Assembly (NCBI RefSeq): GCF_033153115.1
Contig: NW_026889800.1
Span: 2,852,001-2,916,000 of the forward strand
Direction of reading: 5' to 3'
Length of the DNA stretch: 64,000 nucleotides
Source of the DNA: Saccostrea echinata
Lineage: Eukaryota
Positions 37,401 through 52,500 of this stretch are shown one piece after another. The notes under the pieces are model-generated. The model was not told the DNA's origin. It worked only from the letters and a program-made list of their open reading frames with translations, and ran no database searches. Each line of letters begins with the position of its first letter. Positions within the stretch are counted from its first letter, which is position 1. Position numbers and translations under genes: made by a program.

Positions 37401-40400
37401 TCAGTAAAAGTATGATGATTGATTTTCGCCAGTCGGTGTACGAATCCAATTCCTGACTTTTGTCTGTGGATCCTCTTCATAAATCCATCCAGTTACTGTA
37501 AAGGATATTTAACCTTTAAGGTACCTTTAAAAAGTATAGCCACGGAGCAGATTCTTTTTAAAAAAGTATCTGACCCATATTAGGACCTAACTTTCTAACC
37601 ACAAATACCCATGTTTAAAATACTCATATTAATTTAAAGCATTTTAAAGTAGAAAAGGATTTATCAAGAAGAAAAGTTCAAAAAATGTAATTATCTAAGC
37701 AATAAATAATCAATAAAGATTGCATCAATATCTATGAGGACAAGCAAATTTTTGAAAATAAAAAATAATAAAAGAATAACAAGAAATGCTGTGCTGGAAA
37801 GATGTAATTAATCATGAGGGATAGAAAACAATTGAAAACTATTTTTTAACCAGCTAGATTTTTTTAGAATAGATTTTTATTGCTTAAAATCATAGGGAAA
37901 TAACTCTTCAAGGACAGGACAAGGTCATAAAATAGGGCATGTTGTGCTCGTATATACTGATACTTAACATGAAAATGATATCTAAATAAAATGATATTCA
38001 GTCAAAACATATCTATTCTCTGAGGCTATGATGGGTCGTGCGGATATGTAAAGGCTGCACTCAGATATCCTACTTGGCTATACAGTATGACGTCATAGTA
38101 AGCTGTATGACGTGAACTTTAGAGATACTGATTTCTTAACATCTATATTTAAAGTTTAAATTCGTCCAAGAAGTGAATGGAATCATTCAAAAACATAATA
38201 TAAACTAAATCTTGTCGTTTTGGGTGGTATAAATAGCTTAGTATTTACCACGGTGGTTAAATACCAAACCCATGACGTCATAACTATTGATCAAATATTT
38301 GCCGGGTGAAAATTAAACGTGACGAGAATTCGTGTAAAAAAATATGAAATGGGGGTCTTAAAGCACACATGTATACCCTGAATGTCATGTGTGATTCATA
38401 AGGAATAAAAGATTAAGAATCAGGTACGCTGATTTATACTTACCATTTTTTTCTTATAATGATCACAGGCAGTTTTCCCCTGCTTTCTAACAACAAAGAT
38501 GCGAAAGTTCAACACTACGTCGCATACTTTGAAACATAATTTTTGTTTGTATCGAAAGCTTATATTCTATGTTACTTGGAAAATGCTGCTAGAATCGTGT
38601 GGTTCACATGAATTGATGACAATTCCTAGATCGTATGTAAAAAATGTGAAAATTATGGTAAGGTTTCGTGCAAAACTTTGGAACAATTTTTTTTTCTGTT
38701 TCGGGCGAGTAGAATTCTAGCAGCACTTTTCATTTTTTTTCCCCATGATTTTTCATAATTATTTTCACAAAAAGAAATAAATTATCCCCGGGGCAGTATT
38801 GAACTTTTCACTTTTTCGTTAAGGCAATTTTTCTATTCATAGACGTCACGTGATGACGTCGTAGTGGAGTGCTTCTATTTGCTCAAGACTCAATGACGTC
38901 TATACAAAGGATAATAATAGTAAATGTTTAAATCTATGGCTATTTATCTATGGCTTTTCCGATTGATCAATGTTACATTTTATGAAAAATAGTCTAAATT
39001 CGCCGAAAAATGATCTGAGCACTGCCTTAGTATTATACCTGCACGGCTACTTTAAATGTCAGTGTGGTATGTTCTTGCATAATAGTTACACGTGTAGTTA
39101 CCGATATCTTTCCCGCGCTTTGTCGTTTTTGGAGAAGTTGCTAATACATAATTGGTCAACTTTTCACCATTAGTCGGTACGGGGTTAACAATTTCGTTCC
39201 CTGAATAAGCCGGGGATACAAGGCTCCTCTTGGCAAATTTAGAACTATTGAAAGGGCTGGGTTCTGAAATGATAACAAAGGAATATAAGATAATATATAC
39301 TTTATGCATTTCAAAATATAATATTTTTAAAAGCAAAAAATGGAGAAAACATTGTCAACTACTAACCACTATTTCTATTGTCTTCCCCTTCGTGTCCCTT
39401 TCCAGCAGACGTATTTTCTGTATTTTTTGTGGGTTTTAATGGCTCGTCAACTGTGTTAGCAGAAAGGAACGCAGTAGAAAATGTTGGATTAATTGTTGAT
39501 GGAACCCTTTCCATTTCCTTCTCAAAGACTGTTCCATCATTTTCCTGACCCATTTTTTCTATGATATGTGCTCGGGTTTTTAAATCTTCCTTTTTTCTGA
39601 AATACATATGACACAACAGTGGAAAACTCTGGATCAGATGTTCATAGTTTCTTTCTTTTCATCTCATCAGTGAATTGGCAGAGATTACTCATTTGATAAC
39701 AGGATATTTTAAACACATCAAATGTACAATGTGATAAATTATGTACTCTTCATTTACTTTTAAATTTGTGTACAAATGATTCCAGCACATTCATTTTTAG
39801 CAATAAATTCAGATTTCAAAATGCAAAGATCTTAAAAAACTACAACATCAACATCATATTGATGACCTGCTATCCTAAATTTATTCATTCTTATTTTGTT
39901 TCAAAATAGTCTGAAAGCACACAAAAATTTTACTTTTTCTTTCGACACCATCGCTTTCTCCAAGCCAGACATAGTATCAGAACTGCAATTATTATTCCAA
40001 TGATTAAGAGCAGAGATAAGGCCAGAGGTACCGCTAAACTGGTGTCACTCTCTTCCACAGGGGAGACCACCGGGTCAGCATTAACACGTTTACCTCCGTA
40101 AGGAACAACCTTTTCAATCTTGTATTCATCCCACCTCTCATCTGAAATGATTCACATTAAGCATATTATATATACGTCAACATCGATTTTATGTAGAAAA
40201 ATACAATGCAATTATCCATTCATCCATCCTCCTTGTTTTTCGATACACAGTTTTGAAATTCATATTCATAATCCTATCACAAAGTTACCTTCTATAAATG
40301 GTCTACCATTGACATCGATTTCAAGGAGGTCTAGAAATTCGCCATTAGTTAAGAATGCCTTGTTTCTGTGCAAGTTTTTAATGTCGTTCGTGAGTTCAGT

Positions 40401-43400
40401 CTTTACGGCATAGATATAAACAAGAACTGATCTGAAATAGTACACCATATATTGCACAGAGAAGTGTGAAATTGTTGAATATTTTCCTTCTGTTTTTAAT
40501 TTTTTTTTTTAATTTTTATTTTACTTCAATGACTGTACAGTACAAAAAAAGATAAAAAAGATAAAAATCTAGTCTATTTTTATGAAACTTACTCCTTATT
40601 CTCTAGCACACACCATCTTTTAACATAAGGAGTAACATATTTAACCAGGAGCGCTTCCTCTAGTTGCTGCAGAAAGTTCGTTTCCATTTGATAAAATGAT
40701 GCTAAGGTCATACCAAGATGAAAGGTGATGACAACTTTATTAGGGTCAAATCTATCAACCCTGACCAGGGCTGGATCTGATGACGTCAGAAAGGGATTAC
40801 CATTATCATGTGCCATGATTTTGAAAACGTATTTAGAATCAACCAATTTCCCGTTAGCTTTTACTTTTCCTAAAATAAAATGGCAGGTATTATAAAAAAA
40901 TTATGCAAATGTTAAATTGCCGATAATGATAAAAATGAAACTATAAATAACTCGATAAGCTTTTACCAAGTGGAGACACGACAAAGGGTAGATCTTTTGT
41001 TTCCAGCTCAAAATTTATGGCTGCGTTTTTTCCTAAATCTGCGTCCGTTGCTGTAATTTTTGTTACTTCAGCATCACAGAGTTTAACGGAGGAGACTTCA
41101 GAGTTATAAAACACAGGGGAGAAAACAGGCCTGTTATCATTGACGTCTTGGATCTGGACAGTTACGTTTGCTGAGCTGGATAATGATGGTACACCTGTGT
41201 CTCTGACTATAACTGTGAATGTCAACTCGTCATAGGCTTCCCTGTCTATTCTACGTTTGAGGAAAATGTCTCCTGTATTTCCATAGACACCAAAATAATA
41301 ATCAGCGAGTAAGCCATTTTTGTTCGAAATGTCAAGTTCATATTTAATTATAGCGTTTATTCCTACATCTCGGTCGGTGGCTCCAGTCGTGTGAATTTTA
41401 CTGTTTACAGCAAGATTTTCAAAAATAGCCGTTGAAAATTCTTGTCGTCTGAATATTGGTGGATTGTCATTAATGTCGTCAATTTTAATTTTTACGATTA
41501 CATCAGAAAATAGGGTGGGTGTTCCACTGTCCTTAGCTCTCATCAGTAAGGAATATTCATCATAAGCTTCCCGATCCACTACCCCATTGGTTAAGATCTC
41601 ACCAGTCATTTCTTTTATATCGAACACTCCCGTGTTTCCTTTCCAAATTGTAGCTATACTATATTTCAGTTTAGCATTTTTACCAATATCTTTATCTGTG
41701 GCTTCAATGTTCCCGACAAGGGTATTTTGTCTCACGTGTTCTTGTATGCTGAATTCGTATACAGATTTCGATAAAACGGGAGGCGAATCATTTTCATCTC
41801 CTACATTTACCACTGCGGTCACAGTAGACGACCTTGGAGGGACACCATTGTCGGTGACCTTTACAATCAACTCATATCTGTCTTTATACTCTCTGTCTAA
41901 TGTTGTTGCTAATTGCACGACTCCCGTATTTGATTCAATCTTGAAGATTGAGTTAAGGTTCCCCAAAATGATTTCATAGTTAAGTTTTCCAAATTTCTCT
42001 GTATCAGCATCGTATGCACTAATATTGAAAATAACTGAGTGTTCCGGGGCGTTTTCAGATACAGTGGTGACGTAGCTCCCAGTTATGACTGGGTCGTGGT
42101 CATTGACGTCAGATACAATTATTTTTAGTGACAGGGTTCCCGTCATACGTGGGTTTCCGCCATCAGTGGCAGTTATAACCATTTCATATCTGGAAATAAA
42201 ATTTAAAAACTTATCGTATACCTATCATGTCTGTAAGAGAATCAACATTGCGGTTGTTTTAAATATCCCGAACAGTGATAATCCTACATTTCAAACTATC
42301 ATCATTTGTACTTTTTTTCTTTAAAACAAATTGTTGTCTATCTCAAGGCTAAATATTTTTTTTTCAAAATGAAATAGGAGTAAACTACTAGTACTTTATG
42401 TCAATAAAACTAACTTGTCTTTGGTTTCCCTGTCTAGATCACCTGTAACAGTTACAGTACCATTGACTGGGTTCACCTGGAAGGGCACTAAAGAGGCGGA
42501 GAAATATGTAATCTTATTGTTATCATTAAGTGAGGAATCGGCGTCTTCAGCAAACACACTGATAACTGACTGACCAATCAGAGCACTTTCTGAAACTCGC
42601 TCTTGTAAGACAGTTTGTAATAACTCTGGTGCATTGTCATTTTTGTCCAATATTTTAACAATTACCGAACACTCTGTAGACAATGATGGAGAACCAAGAT
42701 CAAAGGCTTCAATTGCCATAACAACTGTTTTAATATCTTCATAATCTATAGGCGTAACGACGGATATAATGCCTTTAGATATATCGATGTGAAATTTAGA
42801 ATCGTCATTCCCCGATACAATCCTATAGTGGACTTGTCCATTGATTCCTTCGTCATCATCAACAGCGGAAATACTACCGACTGTCGTCCCTGTCGCTGTA
42901 TTCTCCGAAACCAGTAACCTGTAAACAAACACAGACATGTACCAAAAACAAACAGTAGAATCATATAATCAGACAAACACAAGTTTACTACGTATCGTAT
43001 GGTTTGATATCGATATTTTTAGTTTTATTAGGAATATTTTTTTCTCGAAATTTGCTCGAGCAATTGAAGAACGTTCTTCTTATTCTTGTTTGTTTTTTTT
43101 TTAAATATTCATCTTGCAGAGAATTATCAATTATATGACCAACTTAAAAGAAAAAAGAGATTTACTGATAACTGGATTGTTTAAACACAGGGTGTTCGTT
43201 AATGTCCTCTACAGTCACAGAGACGGTGGCAGTGGAACTCTTCTCTCCATCAGAAGCCAAGACATACAGGATAAAAGTAGGACTGGTCTCCCTATCAGCA
43301 GGTGCCCGGAGGATGATTTTTCCACTTTTAGGATTGAGCACAAAATGTGGATAAAGTTCCAGGAAGGAATATGTGACTGTATCGTTATCGCTATCTGTAG

Positions 43401-43535
43401 CAGAAACAGTAGCGACAGACGTTCCAATGGTGGCTGCTTCACTCACAGTAGACTGGAAATCTTCAAAAAGAAAATCATTTCGTATTTCATTTCATAGATG
43501 CATAGTTTGCAAGACATATACTAGTCAAATAATTC

Positions 43536-43575
<40 letters not shown>

Positions 43576-46500
43576 TTACCTTGCTTAATAAATTGAGGAG
43601 CAACTTCGTTAACGTTTAAAATGTTAATTGAAAGCTTGAGGGACGTAGAAAATATCCCATCTGATATGGTAATTGTAATCTTGTAGAAAGATGTGCGCTC
43701 ATAGTCAAGGGTACCTTAAATTATATCCATTACATGAACGACATACATCTTTTTCTTTAATTAATCATAACTGAATCATAAAGGAAGCATTTTAATGATC
43801 ATTGTTTTAACATTGTTATTAGGAAAAAGATGGACACCGAACGTTTGATACATGCACGTTCAAGGCACATCTTCCAAGTGTTTAAATGTAGCCTTAAAAG
43901 AATTGAACCAAAGCTTTGAGTTTGTTTTCAGGTGATTTTAAATGAACGATCTGCTTCCTTTGCTACTAGGGTTTAGGTTATAAAACTTTTAGAAGTAGAA
44001 AATAGAAGTAGAAATATCAGATTGTTTTTATTTCTAAACACAATCCTTAGTCACCTACTACCTTTCACTTTGAGTTGTTTAGTTGCAGGGTCCAACACGA
44101 AGGTGTTATCTGATGGATTCTGACTCAGGGAGAAGGTAAGAGGATTATTGTCCACGTCATAACATCCAAAGTCCGCCACTACCACGTGACCTATAGCTGG
44201 AGTCACAGAAAATAACATTTAACTTTACGGAGGATAATTTCTTTCTTTTACTACTAGTGTCCAAGTGGAGAGCTTATAAATAGCAATAACTCGGACAGTT
44301 TATTGTCATGCTTCTTTAAGTAAATCCGATAAACACTTTGCGGTTTACGCCAATGATCGAGAAGAACAACACCAAATAAAGATTTGTTTTTTTTTCTTAT
44401 ATTTTTAAACCTGAAGTGAAAGATAAAATTATCATTAAGACTTACCTTCAGATTCAGATACACTGATTGCATCTGATGACTTTTTGCAAAAGGGGGCGTG
44501 GTCATTTCCGTTATCTATATTGATTGTCACTGTGCCGGTAGTCTGATGAACATAGAATTAAATTAGGCATAGCTAATGAAACGATCATGCTTAAGACTAA
44601 AATAATTTTGAGATATAAAAACATGCAATAAAAATTCTTGCATAATTCTCTTATTCTATTAACCTTTCAAGTACATTAACGCTGCTGGTTAATTTCCAAG
44701 AAAATCCACAAACTGATGAGAAGTTTTATTTCAAGCATTACTATTTTTTCCTTTTTTCATATTTGTATTATTATAATAATTAATCATCTTACTGTGTCCC
44801 GACCGCCATCTGTTGCCATGACAACAACTTCATATTGTTGTATTTTCTCAAAATCGAGCTTCTCTCCCAGGAAGATTTTTCCAGATGTTTTGTCCAGTAA
44901 AAAATAATTTTGGTTTCCGTTTTTCACTTGGAAAAGAAATGTTTTATATGAAACCAATTTTATTTAATATTAATTTTACGAGTTTACTACCGTTTTGATT
45001 TTGAAAATACATTTTTTATAACTTAAGAAATGTACCGTTTAATATCTTATATGACGTCACCCCATGAGGTGGTGCGTCACCATCGTCTGCTTCATATTTG
45101 AAAATCATTGTTCCAATAGCAGAATTCTCATTTACGGTAATTTTTGGATTTGATAGAAACCCTGGTCTGTGTTCATTTACTGCAGAGAGTTGAATCAGAA
45201 CCCATACATATGTTGATTGAATACCATCTGAAACCTGAATCGTCATGTAGTAAGCTGTGATACCTTGATCATAGTCCAGATCTGAATAGGAAAGGAACAT
45301 TGTATACTTCATAGGGACTAAGAAAGAAACAACTATAAAGAAAATAATTTATTTTTTTCTTACCTTTAGCTATTTCTAAATCACCATTGGACGAGACATG
45401 AAATTTATTTCCATCCCCAGATAATATCTGATACGTGAAAGAGGGATTAGCATCACCATCAGTACACGAAATGGAAAGAATCTAACAGGAAGAAGAATGG
45501 GAGTAGTTATTGTATGTTAAATTTAATTTCTTCAATTCTTATTTATATAAAACAAATACAACGAATTGAAATATACTAGTTTGTGCACTGATTTTTAATC
45601 CTTTATAAATGAGAACAATTTTTGTTACCTTTTAGATTTTCATACCTTGGTCCCGCCTTTCGCTGCATCTTCTCTGAGAGTTTTGTTGAATTCGTTTGGT
45701 AAACAAATTGGAGCGTTATCATTGACGTCATCAATTGTGATGTCAACAGTAGCTGTGGAACTCAATCCTCCTCCGTCAACTACTTCTATTGTTAGAGTAT
45801 ATGTGTTGCTTGCCAAGGCCTCGTAGTCAACAAACTTCCGTAAGTAGATCTTCCCTGTGTTTTTACTCATCAGAAATATATTGGTGGGATCCCCTGCTTT
45901 TCATACATTAAAAAAGTACCGTTTAGATTATGAAAAAAATAAATATGACATCTTGAAAACATGCAAATCACAGTTTTGTGATGTATTTCATAAGTAGTTA
46001 ATATCAAAATTTCATCTCTAGAAAATAAATCTAACCAGATACTTTATTTTTTTTCTGAGACGTTCTGTTTCCTAACAGACTTCAGTAAGTTTGTCTTGTA
46101 ACCCAAGGCATCAAGTATTATAAACTCTATCATATGAAAACTATTTCATGATTGTTAGTATGAATTTGTCCAAAACGAAACATTTTTGTGAAGACGAATG
46201 TATGAGTTGCAGGTGGCATCGAGCTAGTATTTAATGTCTTTCTGTGGTTACTGGTTCTAATTCTCTATTTCTGTAATAATATTTTAATACATAGCGTTAG
46301 GAGTGTGGAGTGAGATGACAGATGGGGGTGGAGGTCAAAATATAAGAAAAGAATATATTGTTTTAAAAAATAATATGTAAAAGGTACTCTTAAAGGTGCT
46401 TAGACACAGATTTGAACTTTATATTTTCTCAAATTTTCTGTATAATATCACGACTTATATATTGCAATAGCATTTCACACGAAAATATATTTAAAAACTT

Positions 46501-49500
46501 ATATTATCTGGAAATCATGGGAACTACAAATTCCGGGACGTGTTTGATTAACACATCTTTGCACTTACACAAATTTTAACTTCATCCTTAGTTAATATTT
46601 AAGAAAAGAAGCGATTTTGTTATGTATTAATGAAAAATATTACATCTATAATCCAGAAAATTCAGAGTAGAAATGTTCGAAAGCAAAACCAACTCACCAG
46701 TATTGTCAGTCCGCGCTCTGTGATGTGTATATAGTTTAACAAATTGAACACACCTGTGAAACGTAAACTGTTTTTGTAAACAGGGCACGAGCTTTGTTAT
46801 TGTTAATGTTTACGATTCACCGGGTGTGTTCAATTGTTAAACTCTGCACACACCACTGAGCACGGACTTACAATAATGTTAGTGGGTTTTGCTTTCGAAC
46901 ATTTCTACTCTGAATTTTCTGGGTTATAGTTTTAATATTTTTCATAAATACACAACAAAATTACCACTTTTCTTAAGTATTAAGAATAAAATTAAAATAT
47001 GTGAAAGCGCAAAGATGTGTCAATCCAACGCGTCCTGAAATTCGAAGTTTTAATAACTTCGAAATGAAATAAGATTTTTAATATATTTTAGTATGAAATG
47101 CTATAGCAACATATAAGTCATGAAATCATACAGAAAATTTGAGAAAATATTAACTTCAAATCTGTGTCCAAGCACCTTTAAGAACAGCACAAACACCTTT
47201 AGTTATATTACTATTCGTGTATTCCTAAATAGTAAAGAATCAAATTTGTTCAAATCAGGGTAAACAGGACAGGACACAATTGAAGCCTCAATGAAGGAAA
47301 AAGTATTACATGTGCATATATCGGGATAATCTTGAAATCAGGATCAAAAACAATGATCTGAGACCAAAATAAAGTCAAATTATAAGTTTTGAATGTGTTG
47401 ATTTTTATTTAACAAACAGGGTTAAAAATTGCAAGTTTGAATATAATTCCAATCCAAACTATTTTTAATTTTTAAATTCGTTTCAGTCGCCCGCGCGGCG
47501 CAGTGGTTAGAGCGTCTGGTCTAGAGTTGCGGAGTAAGGAATCCTTACCTCGCGGGTACGAATCCACTGCGGGACGTGGAGACCGGTCCTTAGGATGAGA
47601 CTGTATAAACCGAGGTCCCGTGTTGCAGTCGGTGTTGGCACGAAAAAGATCCCTCACTGCTCAACGTCTCTGAGTGCCGAGTATGGGTATAAATTTGCAG
47701 CCCTCCACCGGTAAGTGGTGGTGTCTCCATATGAATGAAAAATTCTCGAGAGAAACGTTTAACATCAAACAAACAAACGAAAATTCGTTTCAAATTGATA
47801 TAAATTTGAAATTCGACGAAAATTTATCAATTCATGGATTTAAGGCCTGTTTTAAGAACATCATGCCCAGGACCACACTTTGCAGGACTCGGCCACTGTG
47901 GCTTAGTAAAGTCTTAAAAGGCTATTTTTTTTCTAAAGTACATACTGAAAAAAATACCTTTTAAAAAAAATATCTTCTCAGGGATAAATAATGCCAGTTT
48001 GCAAAAAAATAACTATGTCCTGTACAATTCAAAATCAAAATCAAATGTTCAGATCCCCGGTGATTGGACAAGGTCACGATAGAATTTTTTTTTAAATTTA
48101 TTTATTTATTTTTTTTTACATGCAGACTATCATATCATCTTGTGCAAGAAAAACACGGTACTTTTGTAAACGTTATGCTTAACATGTTGTTAAAATCTAA
48201 TTTGATGAGATAATAGGCTTTACAATGGATGAAATAATACATGTATTAAATTTGCGTAATTGTCTATGTTTTAGTCAGAAAGAGAAAGGTGACTCGACGC
48301 AGATAATCGTTGTTGTCATTTTTTTTAAACAGCTTCATCTGAATGTTATATAAATTGACATGCAATAGCTGTATTTTTTCTCTTAATCATAACCTTTATT
48401 ACCAACAAAGAAGTTTTTATCAATTTGACAGAATTTTGTTTTTTCCATTTACTTCACTTTAAATTTTTTGTCAGCAATGTGCTTTGATAATAAACACTTA
48501 ATATTTTTTGGGATAGGTATAAGGACTGAATTGACAAAAAAGGCATTGTTAGGCATCTTTTTACTTGTATATGGCGCATTTCAACATGCAGTTATACATA
48601 TAATTTGTTTGTGCCTTAATTTTCATCTTTGATGTTCATGTAAGAAGTTTCAACTTTAGCTCCAGGTCCATTAAGGATATCCGTGATCGTATCAGTCTCA
48701 GTTACGCAATTCTTATAGAACATGCCTTGATTTACACATAAAGATTCAAATATATTTACAACAAATGAGAGTATCGCCGTAAATGAAGGAGGCACTACCT
48801 GTGATCTTGTACGTCAATTCTCCGTGGATATCTGTATCGTTGTCTGTAGCTGTCACAGGTAGAATCTCTGTACCTATCTGTGTAGTCTCCGGGATCTGTA
48901 ATAACATGGTTGCATTCATTAGTGTATGATTGGCACAAATATTCCTTTCTGTTTCAAACAAAATTGGAACAGAAATATCAGAATTTTATTTGTTTTGAGG
49001 AAGAAAACCTGGCCGCCTAATCATGAAACAGTTTAAGAATTAATCAAAAGATTGCAAATTGTCTGAAATATTTACATAGAGACAAGTACAATTTGAAATG
49101 TTATTAAAGTTTGTCTCGTCGCCCGCGTGGCGCAGTGGTTAGAATGTCTGCTCTAGAGTCGCGGAGAAAGGAGTTGATCCTTATGTCGCGGGTTCGAATC
49201 CAACTGTGGGACGTGGAGACCGGTCCTTCGGATCAGACCGTATAAACCGAGGTCCCGTGTCGCAGTAGGTGCTGGTACGAAATAGATCCCTCACTGCTCA
49301 ATGGCCGTAAGTGCCAAGTATAGGACAAAATTTGCAGCTCTCCACCGGCAAGTGGTGGCGTCTCCATATGAGTGAAAAATTCTCGAGAGGGACGTTAACA
49401 TTCTTTGTGCCGCGGGCCTATGTTGGGCCTATTTTCAAAAACTACGTTAAGTGCCATGGGCCTATTTTGGACCTACTGTTAACTCATTACGTCACAAGTA

Positions 49501-52500
49501 AAACTGATTATGACGCTCCGTCATTATTCTGAGTTTCGCGCCATTTTAGCCTCTTGATGCAGAAAACAATCAATTATTTTACAATTATATTACTGAAAAT
49601 TGTGAGAAAAATTGTGAGAAAGAACAGAGATTTTAAACAGGCATTTCATTTGTCTTAATCTTTGGAAAATGTAAACAATGCATTCTAATTTAAAATTAAG
49701 GAATTTCATCAACATCTTCAATCCTTGTCTGAACGATACAAGTAATCAAATTAAGTTCCAGTGTGAGAAAAAATATTAATTATTTACCTTAAACATGTTT
49801 TGATCGTGGTAAATATGAAATACTAGTAATGCAATATCATTGTAATTTCTGTAAAAAATTTTTTTATCTAAAATCGGCATTATATACCATACAATTTAAC
49901 AATATAACATGTAAGCCTTGTAGAGCTTTTTAACCGACTATAAAACGTTTTATCCTTGGGAGCATCGCAAATTTATACAAAGAAATGCAGATTACAACAG
50001 ATTACTTAATCTGGAAATAGCAAAAAAAAAAAAAAAAATAGCGACTGTGTAAAATGTATGGTATACATGATTAAAAAGTCTAATAAATATAATTTGTGGA
50101 GGAAAACACTCCTAATTATCCCGGGATTGTATATCGGCGAAAAGGGGGGTGAAAATATCTTCAAAATCGGAGCAAGCCCCCCCCCCCCCCCCGCAAATAC
50201 CCCTAAGCCCTAAGATCTTGATTTCCTCCAAATGTAACTTAACCAAGTATAGTAATACATTATTTACTTTATTTTCTAACAGCTAAGCGAGGCATTTACG
50301 GTCAACTACTACTTACATATAGATGCACATTGTAAGTGTTGACGGAATATTTAGTTTTTCCAAATGGTTTGTTTCTTAATTCTTTAAGGTCCTTGAATAT
50401 ATCTAGCACCAAATACAAAGCACAGACTCCAGTTTCAATTATATTTTTTAACCCATAACAGAAAAATAACATTATTATACTATGGGTTAAATAATTATTA
50501 CAGAAAGAAGTACCTGTGATACAAGTAATACATATTGTAGAAAAATGTTGTAGTAAAATCACAAAAAGAACAAGTTTTTATTATTATTTTTTTTATAAAT
50601 CTAAGTCTCTTCATTTGATTGAATCAAAAAATCCGCAGAATGCATTCGAGTTGCCGATCAAGATCAACATAAAAACAAACAAACAAAAAAGTTTGTCTCC
50701 CTTTGTTAATTTCAATTTTCAAAAATGAGTTTCTAATGTTCATTATTTGAATGACTGAAAATTTTTGAGAATGTTCTGAGCTTGATATGAAAAGTCAAGA
50801 AAATGGTTTACCGTTCACGATGATCTTAACAGATAATGAAATACATGAAGATATCTTTCTTAAGAATGTATATAATTGAATTGTTTAAGCGTGTTATACT
50901 GTTTAAATGTATCATATGTCATTGTTAATCGTAGCATTTCATCGAGCCACCAAAATTATCAAATCATAAAATTGACTTATGCAGATCGGGATTTTTGAAT
51001 AACTTAGTGGAATCGCAAAAAATTGTCTTCAAGAGAGATCAATTAAATTTGCAATAAAAAATTTAAGTTCTGCACACAAATTATAAGACAGGGTTAAATC
51101 ATTGATTGAAAAAGTCGAATAGTGATCAATTTCATAAAGGTCATAAGGAATACAAATCGAAAACAGCGCTATTTACCAAAACAATTATATTACTTGTTCA
51201 TGCACAAATGATGTAAAATGATAAGTGACTAAAGAAAAGTTTTTAAAGTTTGATTACAAATTATAGTCTTTTAACGCATTTACTTACATTTATACTTAGT
51301 TGTTGTCCATCTATAAAAGGGGTAAACTCATTTACTGGTTCAATGTGGACGGTTACAGTCATAGATCCTGTTTTCTGAGGGTCAAGGGTCGAGCTGTCAA
51401 CACCAACCACAATTAGCGTGTACATGACGTCACCATTGTCGTAATCAATGACATTGTTAGTGGTGTAGATTGTGTTATTATTAACTATTTTAAACTTTGG
51501 TAGGGGATCATCTCCTGACTCAATATAAATTGATGAACAACCAGCAGGATTACCGTCTGGTTCCTTGTCTTTATCACTGCAGTTAAACGTGGCTACGAAT
51601 TTATCTGAAAACATAAAAGCCAATTCTTCTTCTACCGTACACTTTTTGTTGCAACTTGTTTTCTAAACTCTCTATAATATGTATGGCATCAGATCTTGAA
51701 AAAGGAGTTGCAATTAGTATATATGCTATGTAAAAAAAAAGAATAATTCATATTTAGTCTTTTATATGCTGAGCATGTCAGCTACATCAGCTGACCAAAA
51801 ATCTAGATGTATAATACATTCAAAAAAAGATACTTGTTGTTTGTATACGAATTTAGTTGCAGAAAATGATGTACCATTTCCTTCCCCCAATCTTCATCTT
51901 TAAATTTACATTTACAAATATTTTTTGCTTAAGTAACACTATTTGAACAATGCATTTATCAAGCATTGAATTATTATTTTTTTGATTTTTTTTATGTCGT
52001 CGGTCATATAATAGCATCTGGTCTGTACGACAAATAGAATACCACGCGTTTGCGCGGTATGATAATTTGTTGGCCAGCCAGGTGCTGTAATTTGACTGAC
52101 GACATCCAAAAATAATAATACAATGCTTATATTTATTCTTTTATTCTTTCTCTTTATAGATGTTATTTTTCATTTATCTTTATTTAAATTTAGCGTCTTT
52201 CAGAACTGGTTTGGCAGGCACGAAGTATCATTTTTAATAGTGGGGAAGTGGGGACGGAAAAATAATTGACAACTTACATGAAAATTCTTTGTCAAGCAGA
52301 AAAATGTAATAGTCCAAACTTGAACTGTTTTGGGGTGAAGGTGGGGGGTTGGGGGAGGGTATATTCCAACTTTTTCTTCATTTTTTTTTTCAAAACATTT
52401 ACATTGGAGGATTTGGCTATGCTACAAAAAAGTGTGGGGGCCGAGCGCCCTTTCAATAAAGATTTTCATATTAAAATAACAGTAGAACATTATTTTGAAA

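Noticed and set aside
41587-41979. + strand ORFs overlapping the cadherin (also 42085, 43114 and 44716)
   Set aside because: Antisense shadows of cadherin exons.
49118-49215. tRNA genes at SINE heads (also 24680-24778 and 47486-47580)
   Set aside because: Continuous with the SINE body, tail and TSDs; the cloverleaf is imperfect.
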